64,000 nt of DNA, taken from positions 84,010,001 through 84,074,000 of the forward strand of contig OZ024745.1 of NCBI GenBank assembly GCA_964016885.1. Reading direction: 5' to 3'. This DNA comes from Eledone cirrhosa. Lineage: Eukaryota. Of this stretch, positions 1 through 14,199 are shown piece after piece (position 1 is the stretch's first letter; the number at the start of each line of letters is the position of its first letter). The position numbers and the translations under genes are program-made. The notes beneath the pieces are model-generated. The model was not told the DNA's origin, did no database searches, and saw nothing but the letters and a program-made list of their open reading frames with translations.

Positions 1-755
1 AGGTCCCACCTGATTGAACAAATCTAAGATAAAAATCCGCAAACATCCTCTTTATTGATATGTAGGACTATGTTATCAAATGTTTTCCCAGCATAGATCC
101 TCCATCTTTGGAAAGTGAAACATTGATTATTGCTGTTCTTTAGTTTCGATCGAACAAACATAAGATTCTTGTCTTGACACTACTGTCTATTTTAGTCAGA
201 TTGTGTCCAGTACTATATTATCCAAAGTGACTTCCTTGTTTTATAACGTGATTGGTGAGAGGTTTTGCTACAAGCCAAACAACATAGAGTTGGCCTCGTT
301 TGCTCATGTAAGATAGGAGAAGTATAAAGGTGGGTAACTCTTGTAGGAGGTCCAATTTAGAAATAATCAAAATCTTTAATGGCGTTAATGATTGAAGCAT
401 TGTTTTCAGCCAACTTCTCAAGAAGGGAGCATTATTGATATACTATGTACGAGAGTAATTCTTTGATAAATGTAATTGTACAGAAGACGTGTACGTGGTC
501 ACTGAAAATATGAGAGGTTCACAATAATAAATGAGGTCAGTGTCCACCATAGTTTCTAATGGTTCTGGCAAGTTATAAACAAGAGCAATATATTGGTAGT
601 TAGCAGTGTCGAAGTGATTGTTCTTCCTAAAAATAGACCATGGGCATCAAGTGTTTCGGTAGGTTGAGAAAGATTCCCATACGTGGGAGTATGATTTAGA
701 TTTGCGATGAAGATATCTGTTAGCTCAGTAGAGAAGCATTTGGGAATGAGAGACC

Positions 756-757
<2 letters not shown>

Positions 758-851
<94 letters not shown>

Positions 852-948
852 GTTTGTTTGTGTGTGTGTTTGTTTGTTTGTGTGTGTGTTTGTGTGTGTA
901 TTTGTGCGTCTGTGTGTAAGTGACAGTGTGTGTGCTGTGTGTGTGTGT
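758..948. repeat. (GT)n microsatellite with degenerate extension; one example of dozens of (TA)n/(CA)n/(GA)n tracts in the window
   Basis: Directly visible; explains the [12 protein letters not shown] pseudo-ORFs. Confidence 0.95.
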
Positions 949-1203
949 ACGTTTAGTGTCACTGAATTCTCTGAATGTGACGGGAATCATTAGTCAATGT
1001 TAAAGGAATATTTGATTTGATTTTATCATGAACTCTCTGTAGTGAGATATTTGTTGAGGTGGACGACTGGAGTAGCTGGTGAGGTATAAAGAACAGGATT
1101 CATAGATAGGTAGGTAGACTGACAGAAAAATAGATAGATAGAGAGAGGGAGAGAGAGAGAAACAGACAGACGCACACACAAACACACACACAGTCAGGCA
1201 CAG

Positions 1204-1308
<105 letters not shown>

Positions 1309-1734
1309 CACACACAGATATATATATATATAGAGAGAGAGAGAGAATGGGAGAGATACAAGTAGGCAGGCAGTTAAACAGTCAGGTAGGTAGTTTGGTA
1401 AATAACACAAGATAAGAGAGAAAGAGAGAATCAAACATCCATTTAGAAGTAAGAATAAGAAGACATAATAGAGGGAAAGAGAGTGAGAGGGGAGGAAGAG
1501 AAATAGGATAGAAGCGAAAGCTGCGATCAAGACATCTGTGGTTTCTATGTACAAAGTTGTTCAAATAATGTTACTTGGTTTAATATATCTGTCTATTAGA
1601 CGTTCATTAATCATATTATTTGCGTTTCTACTTAACTCAGAAGACTGACATCAATGTAATGATTATAATTCAACACTAGTCGTGTGGCTTCTACTGCATG
1701 TCTCTGTCTAACTGTTGGTCAGTATCTCCCTCCC

Positions 1735-1831
<97 letters not shown>

Positions 1832-1906
1832 TAATTTCAGCGAGAATCACATTTCGGCGGGTAGAAAAACCGAAAAGTAACCAAATATATATATATATAT
1901 ATATAT

Positions 1907-2930
1907 ATACAAATATAAATTAGCGAGAATCGTATTTCGGCTTAGGAATTAACGAAAAACAACTTCCGAGATGTGTGGCAAGCGCTCAATGATTCAGATG
2001 AATCAGAGCTACAACATACGTAAAAGGCCAAACACACTGAGACGATGGTTAAACAAACATCCGCACAGCCAAAGAAACGACCAAGTAATTCGGGTCAAAC
2101 AATAAAAATATATGTGATTGAAAATTTACCCGGACCGCTGGAAGGTTGGTAAAATCCAGTATTTGGGTTTCTGCGACTCCTAAATCAAGTACTGTCCGCT
2201 TACATAAATAATGTTAGGCTTCTGGTAAGATGATTGAACAAGGAAGCCACTTTATCAACAGGTTTTAGTTCAATTGCTAATTCAAAGTGTGACTATTACT
2301 GACCCTACGTGGAGTTCAGCAAGGGAGGCAACATTTTTTTAGGCGAATGAATTCAGTTGTGTATAATATTGCAAGAATGCAAAACATCACAAATCGAATA
2401 AAGCTGTCGACAGAATGGTTAACATAAGCTATTCATCAGTCAATAGAATCAACTAAAAAAAATCAAGAAAATTAACTGGTCAATAGCTAGACTCTGGAGA
2501 TTAATACAAATATAAATTAGCGAGAATCGCATTTCGGCTTAGGAATTAACGAAAAACAACTTCCGAGATGTGTGGCAAGCGCTCGATGATTCAGATGAAT
2601 CAGAGCTACAACATACGTTAAAGGCCAAACACACTGAGACGATGGTTAAACAAACATCCGCACAGCCAAAGAAACGACCAAGTAATTCGGGTCAAACAAT
2701 AAAAAATATATGTGATTGAAAATTTACCCGGACCCCTGGAAGGTTGGTAAAATCCAGTATTTGGGTTTCTGCGACTCCTAAATCAAGTACTGTCCGCTTA
2801 CATAAATAATGTTAGGCTTCTGGTAAGATGATTGAACAAGGAAGCCACTTTCTCAACAGGTTTTAGTTCAATTGCTAATTCAAAGTGTGACTATTACTGA
2901 CCCCACGAGGAGTTCAGCAAGGGAGGCAAC
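1907..2930. repeat. Two ~425-bp near-identical direct repeats (1907-2333, 2504-2930) starting at a (TA)n tract
   Basis: Both start atacaaatataaattagcgagaatcg and end gagttcagcaagggaggcaaca; a related short start occurs at ~1830-1860. Confidence 0.9.
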
Positions 2931-2945
2931 ACTTATTTTAGATAT

Positions 2946-2981
<36 letters not shown>

Positions 2982-3093
2982 GCGTGTGCGTGAATTTGTA
3001 TATACCATTGTACTTGAAACTTAAAAATATCAACTAAATGAGTATTCAATACAGGTAAGCACAGCGCATATTTAATTTCCTAATATATAGGTA

Positions 3094-3128
<35 letters not shown>

Positions 3129-3159
3129 GTATATATTTATTTATTTATATATATATATA

Positions 3160-4011
3160 AATGATATTAATAAATGGAAACTATATTTATAAAACCATAT
3201 ACATTTTATTATATATATTTCAAGGGTACCAAAAACTTTGGTACGCACTCATCAGATAAAATACATTTGTTTTATAAATAGTGACATAGCCGATAAACCA
3301 GATCTTATCGGTTCAGGTTCCAAATGGTAGTACTATGGTAGTTCTGTGTGGTGGTATTGAGCTGGTGTTTTGTTATTGGGGGGGGGGGGGTACCTGAATA
3401 CCCCCACGTAAATTTATATACTTTAGGCTGGGGTGGAACTGTGGTGGTATTGTGATGGTATTGTGGTAGTATTGTGGTGGCACTGTGGTGGTACTGTGGT
3501 GGTATTGATGTGGTGTTTTGTTGCGGGGGGGGGGGGGACCTTGAATAACCCCCACATAATTAAAAGTGGACTAGGCGACAAACATATCAATAAGATCTGA
3601 AAGTGAACTTGCAGATAGACTGTGTGTATGGAGTCTCATTGTAGTCTTTCGTTGGTTGTTTGAAATTATACCAGGTGAATACCTTGGGTGTTACTCTTGT
3701 TTTGTACAGATATACAAAACAGGTGTGTCACACCATTATAACATATTGTGGTGGCATTTTGGTGGTACGGTCTGGTTTATCGGCTATGTCACTATTTATA
3801 AAACAAATTTTGTATTTTATTTAATGAGAGCGTACCAAAGTTTTTTGGTACCCTTGAAATATATATAATAAAATAAATATGGTTTTATAAATATAGTTTC
3901 CATTTATTAATATCATTGATATTATACTCCAGGAAATCTGTAGAGTGCTTCGAATCTGTTATAATAAATAAATTTGTTGAATTACCAGCAAATTAAATAA
4001 CTCTTTGCTTG
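3160..4011 (+). mobile_element. Fold-back cassette: inverted arms 3160-3302 / 3771-3918 plus ~90-bp tail, in (TA)n; probable Penelope-like pLTR remnant
   Basis: Arms are reverse complements by eye; a third partial arm copy lies at ~5897-6020. PLE assignment is inferred from the architecture. Confidence 0.55.
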
Positions 4012-4017
4012 TATATA

Positions 4018-4093
<76 letters not shown>

Positions 4094-4097
<4 letters not shown>

Positions 4098-4220
4098 AAA
4101 TAATTAAGTCAAATATGTAAAATTGGCTTCGTTTATTATAACTTATAGATATACTGCAGTATATCTATAAGTTATAATAAACGAAGCCAAATTTTACATA
4201 TTTGACTTAATTATTTTATT
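4094..4220. repeat. ~127-bp near-perfect palindrome centred on CTGCAG (4154-4159)
   Basis: Arms are complementary except for one 1-nt indel. Confidence 0.9.
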
Positions 4221-4224
4221 GGTA

Positions 4225-4738
4225 ACTAGCAGTGGTACTCGGCGTTGCACGGGATAAGGTATTTTGGAACGCGGGCCGCCAACAGACCTACTCGTGGGAA
4301 AACTGCATGCCTGGGTAATATGTAAAGAAAATATACCGAATACTCTGATGGCTGGATAATCTTTAAGATTTTCATCGATGAAGCAGGAAAAATGCAGGGG
4401 ATCAAGAAAATGAATTTTTTTTATGTGCATAATATGCCTTGAAATTTCAGGAAAATTGGCTAGACAAGCCCTAAAAAGCTTGAAAAATGAACTTTTTCAC
4501 CTAATGCAGGCCCTAGGCCATAAAAAGTTGGATTTTCTTTGCTCTCGGTATGAAGAAGAGACTGACTAATACATACTTACAATTTCAAGAAAATTGGTCT
4601 GACGTAACACCTCAAAAAAACGCTAAAAAGGTGAACAAACGCAGTTTTTCACCTAATGCGGGCCCTAAGGGATCAAAAAGTTGAAACATAAGTAATACAC
4701 ATGTAAAGTTTGAAAAAAATCGGTTGGGTACTTCTCGG

Positions 4739-4833
<95 letters not shown>

Positions 4834-5062
4834 TGTTATACTTGGGGAGGGTCATACCAGAATTAATAACAGAAAACACTCACTGTTTGGTTGGTTTTCG
4901 ATTCTGTGTCTTTTATATCGGTTAATTTAATTTATTCGATCCTCAATGTTACCATTGACTGACCAACGGTCAAAAATACAGATACAATACACACATACAC
5001 ACATACATACATACATATATACATACATCCTTCCTCAGTTTTATATATATACATATATAGAT
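4225..5062 (-). mobile_element. Non-autonomous Helitron-like element
   Basis: Minus strand starts A|TC (atctata...), carries an internal microsatellite, and ends with a GC hairpin (cccgtgcaacgccgag) ~11 nt before CTAG|T. Confidence 0.55.
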
Positions 5063-5070
5063 TAAAATAA

Positions 5071-5144
5071 TAGATTAAAGTTTAAGCAAAGAATCGTTGC
5101 TTTCACGCTTAACGGGATCTTCTGAAACTAAAATCATCAATCTG
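5071..5144 (-). ncRNA. Type I hammerhead ribozyme motif (family X pLTR), variant core CAGAAGA
   Basis: agttt-CAGAAGA-tcccgttaagcgt-GAAA-gcaa..ttgc-TT-aaact; stem I extended by agattga/ttaatct. Confidence 0.6.
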
Positions 5145-5344
5145 TGAACGTAGAAGTAAATATTTCGAAAAACGTTTCAAACGAATAGACTTTGCAAAAA
5201 TGAGGACACACACACAGGCAACAACAGTTTTATATATATAGATTACTCCGGAGTAAAGAAACCAACCTGCGTACTTCGTCGACTGTTCCAATCTGCATAT
5301 TGAGGTGTCGGTAAACAACCAACATATACTCAATATATATATAT

Positions 5345-5580
5345 GGTTTGCCATACAATAAGGGCTTTATTCACATTGCTGACAATCATTTCTCTGAACT
5401 GGTGGTCTAGAGATCGCTACCCGCCTGTTTTTGCGTCAATCGATCACCAATATTTTGTTATAACCAGTTAATTCATCAGAGCGATCTCTAGACCTATAAA
5501 TTCAGAGAAACAATTGTCAGCAATGTGAATAAAGCCCTTATTGTATAGCAAATCATGTCACTCTTCTTTCTTGATTTATT
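5345..5580. mobile_element. Fold-back cassette (arms ~5345-5418 / 5480-5557) carrying a hammerhead; Penelope-like pLTR remnant
   Basis: Inverted arms visible; GAAACAATTGTCAGC at 5507-5521 on the plus arm. Confidence 0.6.
5378..5482 (-). ncRNA. Type I hammerhead ribozyme motif with long stem II
   Basis: GCT-CTGATGA-attaactgg...ccagttcaga-GAAA-tgatt-GTC-AGC: canonical core and GUC site; stem III minimal and partly decayed. Confidence 0.65.
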
Positions 5581-5749
5581 ATTACTCCAAGTGTAAACTA
5601 CATAGAAATCACCGCGTACTCGCTGCATCACTATGGAAACGTCTTGTTGAGTCAAACTTAGCCAAACTTAGCCAAACTTAGCCACTACTCGGAGTACCCT
5701 AACTGGACTACATCTAAGTGGACTACCTATAACAATAATTTGTTATCCC

Positions 5750-5795
<46 letters not shown>

Positions 5796-6118
5796 TCACT
5801 AAGCCGAGCTTGCTCGGACATACATGCATATATATTTCCATATATATATATACATATACATCATATGTATATGTATATACATATATATATATATACAATG
5901 ATATTAAATAAATGGAAACTATATTTATAAAACCATATTTATTTCAAGGGTAACCAAGCCATTGGTACGCTTTCATCAGATAAAATACAAAGTTTGTTTT
6001 ATAAATAGAGACATACCCATGAAAATCATACCACTTCTACTTATATATATATACTCTGCTATGTATTGAGTACCTTACTTACTGTGGTTACCACCGATTC
6101 AACACGGAATAACTTACC

Positions 6119-6192
<74 letters not shown>

Positions 6193-6629
6193 TGTGTGTG
6201 TATGTGTGTGTGTGCAAGTGTCTGTATAATTTATACATATATACACATATGTATATAATTTATATATATATATGTGTGTGTGTGTTTGTGTTACTTCTTC
6301 GAAGTTACTCTTTCTCTCTCTCTCTCTCTCTTATGTGCGTGTGCGTGTGTATGTGTATATTGGGGGGAGGGGTTTAGCTAACCAGATGTAGGTAAATTTC
6401 ATGCAAACGGTTTCTGGTATTTGTGTTTCTACTTAACAGTGACATCGCCAGTGAATCACTACAAATGATGTTATGAGAATTGAATGTTTTTCTACTGAAG
6501 TTTGCTCTACTTGATTGTATATATGGTGGGTCTATCAATCTCTCCTTTTCTCTGTGTATGTAAATATATATTACTCTTTTACTCTTTTACCTGTTTCAGC
6601 CATCCGGCTGAGGCCATGCTGGGGCACCG

Positions 6630-6726
<97 letters not shown>

Positions 6727-6979
6727 GACGTAAAATAAGAAAATTATAAAAATTAACTTACTTACTAAAATTTCACTCCAACTAATTAGTTTCTGAAAGG
6801 GAATAAACATGGTTTCCGATTGGAAAAACATGGAGAAAAATCCTTTCGTCATCAGGGAGGTCTATTCTCAGCTAAGTTCCCAGGCAATGCGTGGACACAG
6901 GGAACTTATACAAAAAAATACTATATATTTGCTAGCATAGGTATGCATCTGTATATATATGTTGGTAGATATACTAACT

Positions 6980-7060
<81 letters not shown>

Positions 7061-7115
7061 AAGTTATATTTAAAATTGTTGGGTTACAACTAGTAAATAT
7101 TTATAACTGATATTG

Positions 7116-7222
<107 letters not shown>

Positions 7223-9036
7223 CTGCTATCAACACTTAATGAAATCTTTTAAGTCTTGCATCATGATCGGATGAGAAAACTAGGCCATTGAAATACGTAT
7301 AGTGTTTTCGTGGCATTAAGATTTTAAAGAAAGTTTCCAGTCCGGCCATCTTTTGTTTTTCATGAATATGATACACCCATGTGATACTACATCTACCATG
7401 GATGATCTGCAGAACGTTGAGTGCTTTAATTTTTTTATATTATAGTCTACTAATCGGAATCACCAATTCTACCCATTGGAAAACAACATAACAAATGGAA
7501 CACAGCTCCTGTTACAGTCGAGTGCTTTGTTATGTAATGAAGAACTGGGGCTCTGACCCCAATATAAGAGGAACTACCACCACGGACCTGCTAAAACTGA
7601 ATCTTCCTTAATACATGATTCTATCGTACATGGATACGTACTTCCTAATAGACCAAGTAGAAATCTGAGGGAGTCTCTAGATTGTCGGTTATGTGATACT
7701 ATTTAACTTTAGATATTTCGTATTGAGTTATTTATTTTGATTGATATGTTTCATAAATCAGATTACATTTCATTTGACTCTATATGATTCTGACTCGATA
7801 TTATATTTCTTATGTAGGTGGAATACACCTCACTCTATAGTTTAATGGTTATGATATAGTTCATGGGGATATGTATAATTCTGATATCACATGACTCAGT
7901 ATGGTCTCCAAACCAATAGCTAATGCCTCACTTTCTTCAACTATATATTGTGTATTATATATCAGTTATTATATATCAGTACTTCCTTAGTAAATTAATT
8001 TTCCATTATCAACCCCCGTAGTTATTTACCGCTTAACCTTCTTTTTATACTAGAACTACAACTTCACCTCCCCTTTATATTTGTTATATTTCTATAGGTT
8101 TCATATGTCATCTTATAGAATCTAAAGTATAATAAAGGAAGTTCTGCGGGACTGCGTACGGTTTATTTCTTTTTTATCCCGTTAGTAATTGAATAAATAA
8201 TGAATGAATATTACATAATTGATCTACTAAATTCGTAAACAAAAATAATTTCGTAAAAATAAATAATTTAAAATTGACTTCTTTTCACCACTTTAACTAC
8301 CATATATATAGAAAGAGAGAGAGAGTGTGTGATGTCAACACTTCCGGTGGCGATCACTTAAATAAAATATACTAATTTTCTGTCACTAATTTTCTCCTAA
8401 TGCAGTTTATATATAATACTAGCTGGCCCGTCCGGCTGGCGCTCGGCTAGGTACACCTGCCCACCACCACTCCACTGCAAAGATACCACACACCCTCCCG
8501 TGTCACATCTCTCTCTCTGAATAACTAACACTTTAATTGTATCTCTCTCTGTCTAAAGGCCTATCTCTCTCTTTTCCCCTCCTCTGTTTTTCTGTCTCTC
8601 TCTGTAGATCTGTGTGTGTAGTTTTCCTAATCTATCTCTATCTCTAAATCTCTCTTTCTCTCTAAATCTCTAAATCTCTCTCTCTAAATCTCTAAATCTC
8701 TCTCTCTATGTGTATATATTGAAGGAAGATACGGAAACTAAAACAGTGTTGTCATATAGAGAGTGAAGAACGACAGAGAGAGTAAAGCAGTTAAATCATA
8801 GAGAGGGGGAATGATCTTACATACATACATTCATGTTGGCTGCCCCCTCGTTATCGAGTATGGCCATTGCACGAGAAAAATACCCTATAATAATAACAAT
8901 AATAATAATAATAACAACATACATACATACATATAAAGTATAGATATGTGTGTGTGTGTGTGTGTGTGTATTTGTATATGTGTATGTGTGTTTGTGTATG
9001 TGTGTATGTGCATGTGTGCGTCTGTGTGTTTTGTTT

Positions 9037-9236
9037 NNNNNNNNNNNNNNNNNNNNNNNNNNNNNNNNNNNNNNNNNNNNNNNNNNNNNNNNNNNNNNNN
9101 NNNNNNNNNNNNNNNNNNNNNNNNNNNNNNNNNNNNNNNNNNNNNNNNNNNNNNNNNNNNNNNNNNNNNNNNNNNNNNNNNNNNNNNNNNNNNNNNNNNN
9201 NNNNNNNNNNNNNNNNNNNNNNNNNNNNNNNNNNNN
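9037..9236. other. Assembly gap (200 N)
   Basis: Run of N. Confidence 1.
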
Positions 9237-9301
9237 TGTTATAAAATGGCAACCCCCCCCCCCCCCCCACACCCCACCCCACCACCACCACCATTGGCTA
9301 T

Positions 9302-12300
9302 ATGAACAGAATGAAGATACACTGGGACGAAATGCACCCAGAGCTAAATTATTTCACAGCGAAAAATTTACGCCAACAAGCGACGTTTGTTGAACGCAAA
9401 AATAAGATAAATAGTATTAATTGTAAGTCCCTCATAACAAACATGTTATCAACAACACGTGCTACGGGTCGCCATGCTACTAGACTTCCTAGCAGCCAGG
9501 TCGAACAGCGCCTTGAAACAACTATGCCTGTAAGAAACTTGACACCACCTGTACCATCTAAGTCTACCTCGAATGCTGGGGAAAACACTATCGATTATAA
9601 TAATAATCGAAGAAATAATAATAATAATCGAATAAATTTGACACCACGTGTACCATCCGAGTCTACCTGGACTGTTGTGGAAAATACTATCGGTAATGAT
9701 AAAAATCAAAAGTATAAAAAATTGAAATTTTCCCTCAACGAAATCTTCCAGAGAGAAATGAATTCATGTATAAATATTTCTCTTGCTGAACGTATTAAAA
9801 CGACAATATTTAATAAAAAACCAAATAATTAAATATTACGTGTGTTATTGACGAAATAGGGGAGGAATATTTACGACGGATAAAAACCCCAACATTTTGG
9901 CAAATCGACGCCTGTTTATATGCATTAGCAACGACAGTGAAGCATTATCTTGGTGATACCAGAGATATTAACAAGAACAGAACACCACCAAAAATACCAT
10001 CATATATAACTAAAATAGAAAACAAGATTGCTGACCTACGAAAAACCATAGGATATGCGACAATGATCCTTACATGGAAACAAACACAAAAAACCTCACT
10101 CCTCACCAACAAAGAGTGAAAAATAAAATAGAGACGATGTTTGGTAACAGTAGAACCAGAACTCTTCAATATAAGCTGATCGCCTTCAAACAAGAATTGA
10201 GAGCTGTTAGCGAAAAAAACGCCCATACCTGAAGAAGGTAAATGAGACTAAAGTGCTTATTAAAAGATTCAGACGAAACCAAACATCAGTGTATAGAGAT
10301 ATGAAGAACAAAGTAATAATTATCACTGAGGCCCCATCCCAGAAAGACATAGATTCCTTTTGGAGCAAAATAAGGGATGAAAAGAAGAATTTCAACCAAG
10401 ATGCAGTGTGGCTAAGAGAAATCCGAAAGAACTATTGCTCCGACACTACAACAAAAACATACGAAATAAGTGAGGGTTCCCTTGAGACTGTGATAGGAAA
10501 ACTCCAAGATAAGAAAACACCAGGAAGAGACATGATTGTCGGCTACTGTTACAAAAACTGATATTCTATGGGAGATATCTTACTGACCTCTACCAACAAG
10601 TTCTTAAGGGAGATACACTTATACCAGAATGGTTGACATTAGCACAAACATTACTGGTCCCCAAGAACAAAGACACCCACTTGGCAAAAAACTACCGACC
10701 CATTGCATGCCAGAACCTGATGTATAAGATGTATACAGCCTGCCTGAACCTATTCCTCCAAGATCATAGTGAAAATAATAACATCATCACAGATGAACAA
10801 GCAGCTGGAAAGAAAGGGGTTTGGGGATGTGCTGAACAACTCCTAATCAACAAAACTGCGATGTCGGATGTGCGACAACTGAGGAGGAATATGGCTACAG
10901 TCTGGCTGGACTACAGAAAAGCTTTCGTTTCTGTGCCCCACTCTTGGATGATAGAAGCCCTCCAACTTGCTAAAGTCCCAGACATTATTGTCAGACCCAT
11001 AGAGAGGCTGTCTTCTTCTTGGGCTCCTATCCTAAGGTTAAAGACAGAGAGGGACAACTCTTCACTGATAAAATAAAATATTGCAGGGGTATATTTCAGG
11101 GGGACAGTCTCTCTGTGATATTATTCATCTTGTCATTAAACCCCTTGTCCTTTCTGCTCAAGAAATGGGAGGGATACATCATTGGCTCACAGGAGGACAG
11201 AAATACGAACCTAACCCACAATTTCTTTGTGGACGATCTGAAACTCTATACCAAGAACATGGATGGGATGAAGAAAAATCTTGACCTGGTTATAACGTTC
11301 TCAAAGGATATAGGAATGGAATTTGGCCAAGATAAAAGCTCATACATGATTGTAAAGCGAGGGAAAACAACAACCTAATCTAGCAACATTGTCATCAATG
11401 GCCAAACTGTTTCACCGATATCTGATGAGGACTGCTACAGATACCTGGGAATAGATGAGAACATATTCTATAATGGTATCTGTAATAAAGAACGCGTAAC
11501 CAGGGAATACTACACCAGATTAAGAAAGATCTGGTCATTGGAACTCTCTGCGCAAAACAAAACAGTGGCTCACAATGTGTTTGCTGTGCCTGTCCTAACA
11601 CCAACGTTTGGAATACTCAATTGGACGATAGACGAAATCCGAGCAGTTGATGTTGGAACTCGAAAAATACTAAACAACACCGGAAACTTCCACGTCAACA
11701 GTGACATAGACCGCCTTTACTTGAAACGTAAGCAGGGAGGCAGAGGCCTAACATCAGCCCAGACAACATTTGAATGTCGTATCATATCTCTCCGACAACA
11801 TCTAAGAACCTCAAAGCGTAGGAGCCCGTTTCTCGAGCAAGTCTATCTACATGAAACAGATAAGATCATGATAGTTGGGAAGGAACTCCTCGAGAGATAT
11901 TCCCTGTGTGATAATCAAAAACTCACACCCAGGGAAGTCGCTCAGCAGTATCGCAGTGAATCCATAGATGAAAAACTGTATGCTTTATCAGCAAAAAATG
12001 ATTCATGGATATGTTGACAGGAAGCTCCAGAGTGAGAGTAATATAGATAAGGAAAGTAGTCTATCTTGGACCAACAACCGCCATATTGGCTCCCACTTTG
12101 AAGGATACGCTTTTGCAATCCAAGAAGAGGAGATTAACACGAAATGCCTGATTCACAAAAGAGATAGGGATGTAGGCAAAACACCTAGATGTGATAACAA
12201 GTGCAGACTCTGCAGAACTAACATCGAGGATATCACCAATGGCATCAGCAGCTGTCCAAATATGTCATCGCGGTACTATTTACCTATGAGGCATGATGTA

Positions 12301-13000
12301 GTGGCCAAAACACTGTACAATGCAAACCGTAAAAAAGATAGCACCGATAATAAACACATTAAAAGCTATAGCAATGTGGAAGACATCCATGTACCTAATA
12401 TGAAAGAGTACCTGATGGAATGTTAATCCCAATAAAATGCAGGCATAACAGACCAGATATTATTATATGGGACAGGGAGAAGAAAGCATGCACAGTAGTG
12501 GAAATTCGCTGCCCAGCAGATGCCAATATAATATCAAAGATTAGCGAAAAGGAGAATATCTATGCAGAACTGATGAGAAATCTGCAGATACTCCACCCTG
12601 ATTACACCTTCGGATTTATGCCTGTGATAAATGGGGCTTTGGTGTATGTTAGTAACTGCCTTAATACAAATCTTGAGAAGCTAGGCTTCACAGGAACAGA
12701 AAGAACACAACTAAATTACAAGTACAATAGAACAATAAAAATATGTAAAACATTACAAAATCTATAACTGCATATAACTACATATATACTTGTACAGATA
12801 CAAAGCATATACACATGCACACATGCAACTCAAAACATACACATCCACACATACAATAACATCCATATATACATAAGCATGCATACATAATCTACCTAGT
12901 TGATGTGGTGTAAATTCCAATGAGAGAGTCTTGTGTTTATGTCAGAAACCGACTCTCTCTCTATTGGCAAACAATTGGTGAAATTATAAAACCAGAAGAA
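9302..13000 (+). mobile_element. R4/Dong-clade non-LTR retrotransposon (RT + CCHC + restriction-like endonuclease), decayed, near full length
   Basis: Fragmented ORF with NYRPIACQN, WLDYRKAFxSVPHSW, GIFQGDSLS, FFVDDLKLY, RLYLKRKQGGRGL, CRLC..E..S.C, RHDVVAK, NRPDIIIWD..VVE; multiple stops and frameshifts. Confidence 0.9.
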
Positions 13001-14199
13001 CATACATATATACGACCGTCAACTTTATAAGTATAGATATGTGTGTGTTTGTGTATGTTTATGTGTTTCTGTATGTGCATGTGTGTGTCTGTGTGCTTTG
13101 TTTTGATGTTATCCGGCGATTGGCGAAATCAGGTGTGAAAGTATGTGTGTGTGTTACTTATGCGAGCGACGACAGATGATTGAAGGGAGATACGAAAATT
13201 AAAACAGTGTTGTGAAGAGTGACAGAGAGAGTAAAGCATTTATATTATAGAGAGAGGATGGTCTATTATAGAGAGAGGGAATAGTGACGGAGAGAGTAAA
13301 GCTAAGAAACTATAGGGAGGTGTGTAGGATCCATACATAATACATACACATGACGCTCAGCTTTATAATATTATAGATCGTCTTTTTTTAATGTATCGTG
13401 GATTACGTTACTCATTACATAAGACAGTGTAACAACGCCTTCGTTCAATTTCTGTTTCTATTATCAATTACGATTTTATTTGATGTATCATATCTACATG
13501 TATATATACTTGCGTATAATATCAATATACACACTACACATGCTAGCAGAAAACCACATGAAGGGTGGTTTTTCTGCTAGTATAATTAAATAAACTACAT
13601 TATATTACATCTCAGAATCTACTCCACATGTAAGATAATATTCAACAACCCCTCTATTCAATAATACCTTCAGATTTTATTTTATTTTATTTTTATTTTT
13701 ATTTCAGTTTTACCATGTACATATTTCAGTTTTACTGTGTACATGTGTTTTTCTTCTACCTAAGTACATCTATATCTTATTAGTTACCGTTATCACTAAA
13801 TTTACCGCGCCATGGAAAATATAAGAATATGTAATGTGTTATCTATCTATCATCATATCATTTTCGTTGGTATGTTGGCGTTTTCCAGCGTGCAGTAAGC
13901 CATCGACAACCTGTGGACTTTACGGGGATGACGACTGAATCGTCAATCGATGATATACATTTACGTCCATAATACAAACGCTTATATGCGCGAAATACTT
14001 TGATTACGCCTTAATCATTCAATAATTTACTTTCGAGCATCTTTGACATTAGGATTATAATTAACTACCTTTGTAACCGTACACTATCAACACTTTAATA
14101 TCTATATTTCTTTACAATTTATCTTCTCTCATTTTATTCTTCCTAATTCATTTTTCTTAATTTATTTAATGTAACATCTCTCATTCTCTTTCTCCCCAC

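Larger units (their letters stand above)
8418..13378 (-). mobile_element. Composite Helitron-like element interrupted by the R4/Dong element and the assembly gap
   Basis: CTAG|T end with GC-rich hairpin at 8418-8452; A|TC-type starts (..tatagat on plus) at ~13378, ~13038 and ~8945. Confidence 0.45.

Noticed and set aside
1-750. Non-repetitive minus-strand ORF fragments (218-421 and end of 556-990)
   Set aside because: No recognisable motif; possibly an old TE remnant, but not supportable.
3920-3968. Possible hammerhead in the tail of the 3.2-4.0 kb cassette (similar hints at ~1925-2010 and ~21243-21292)
   Set aside because: Core nucleotides are too degenerate to call.
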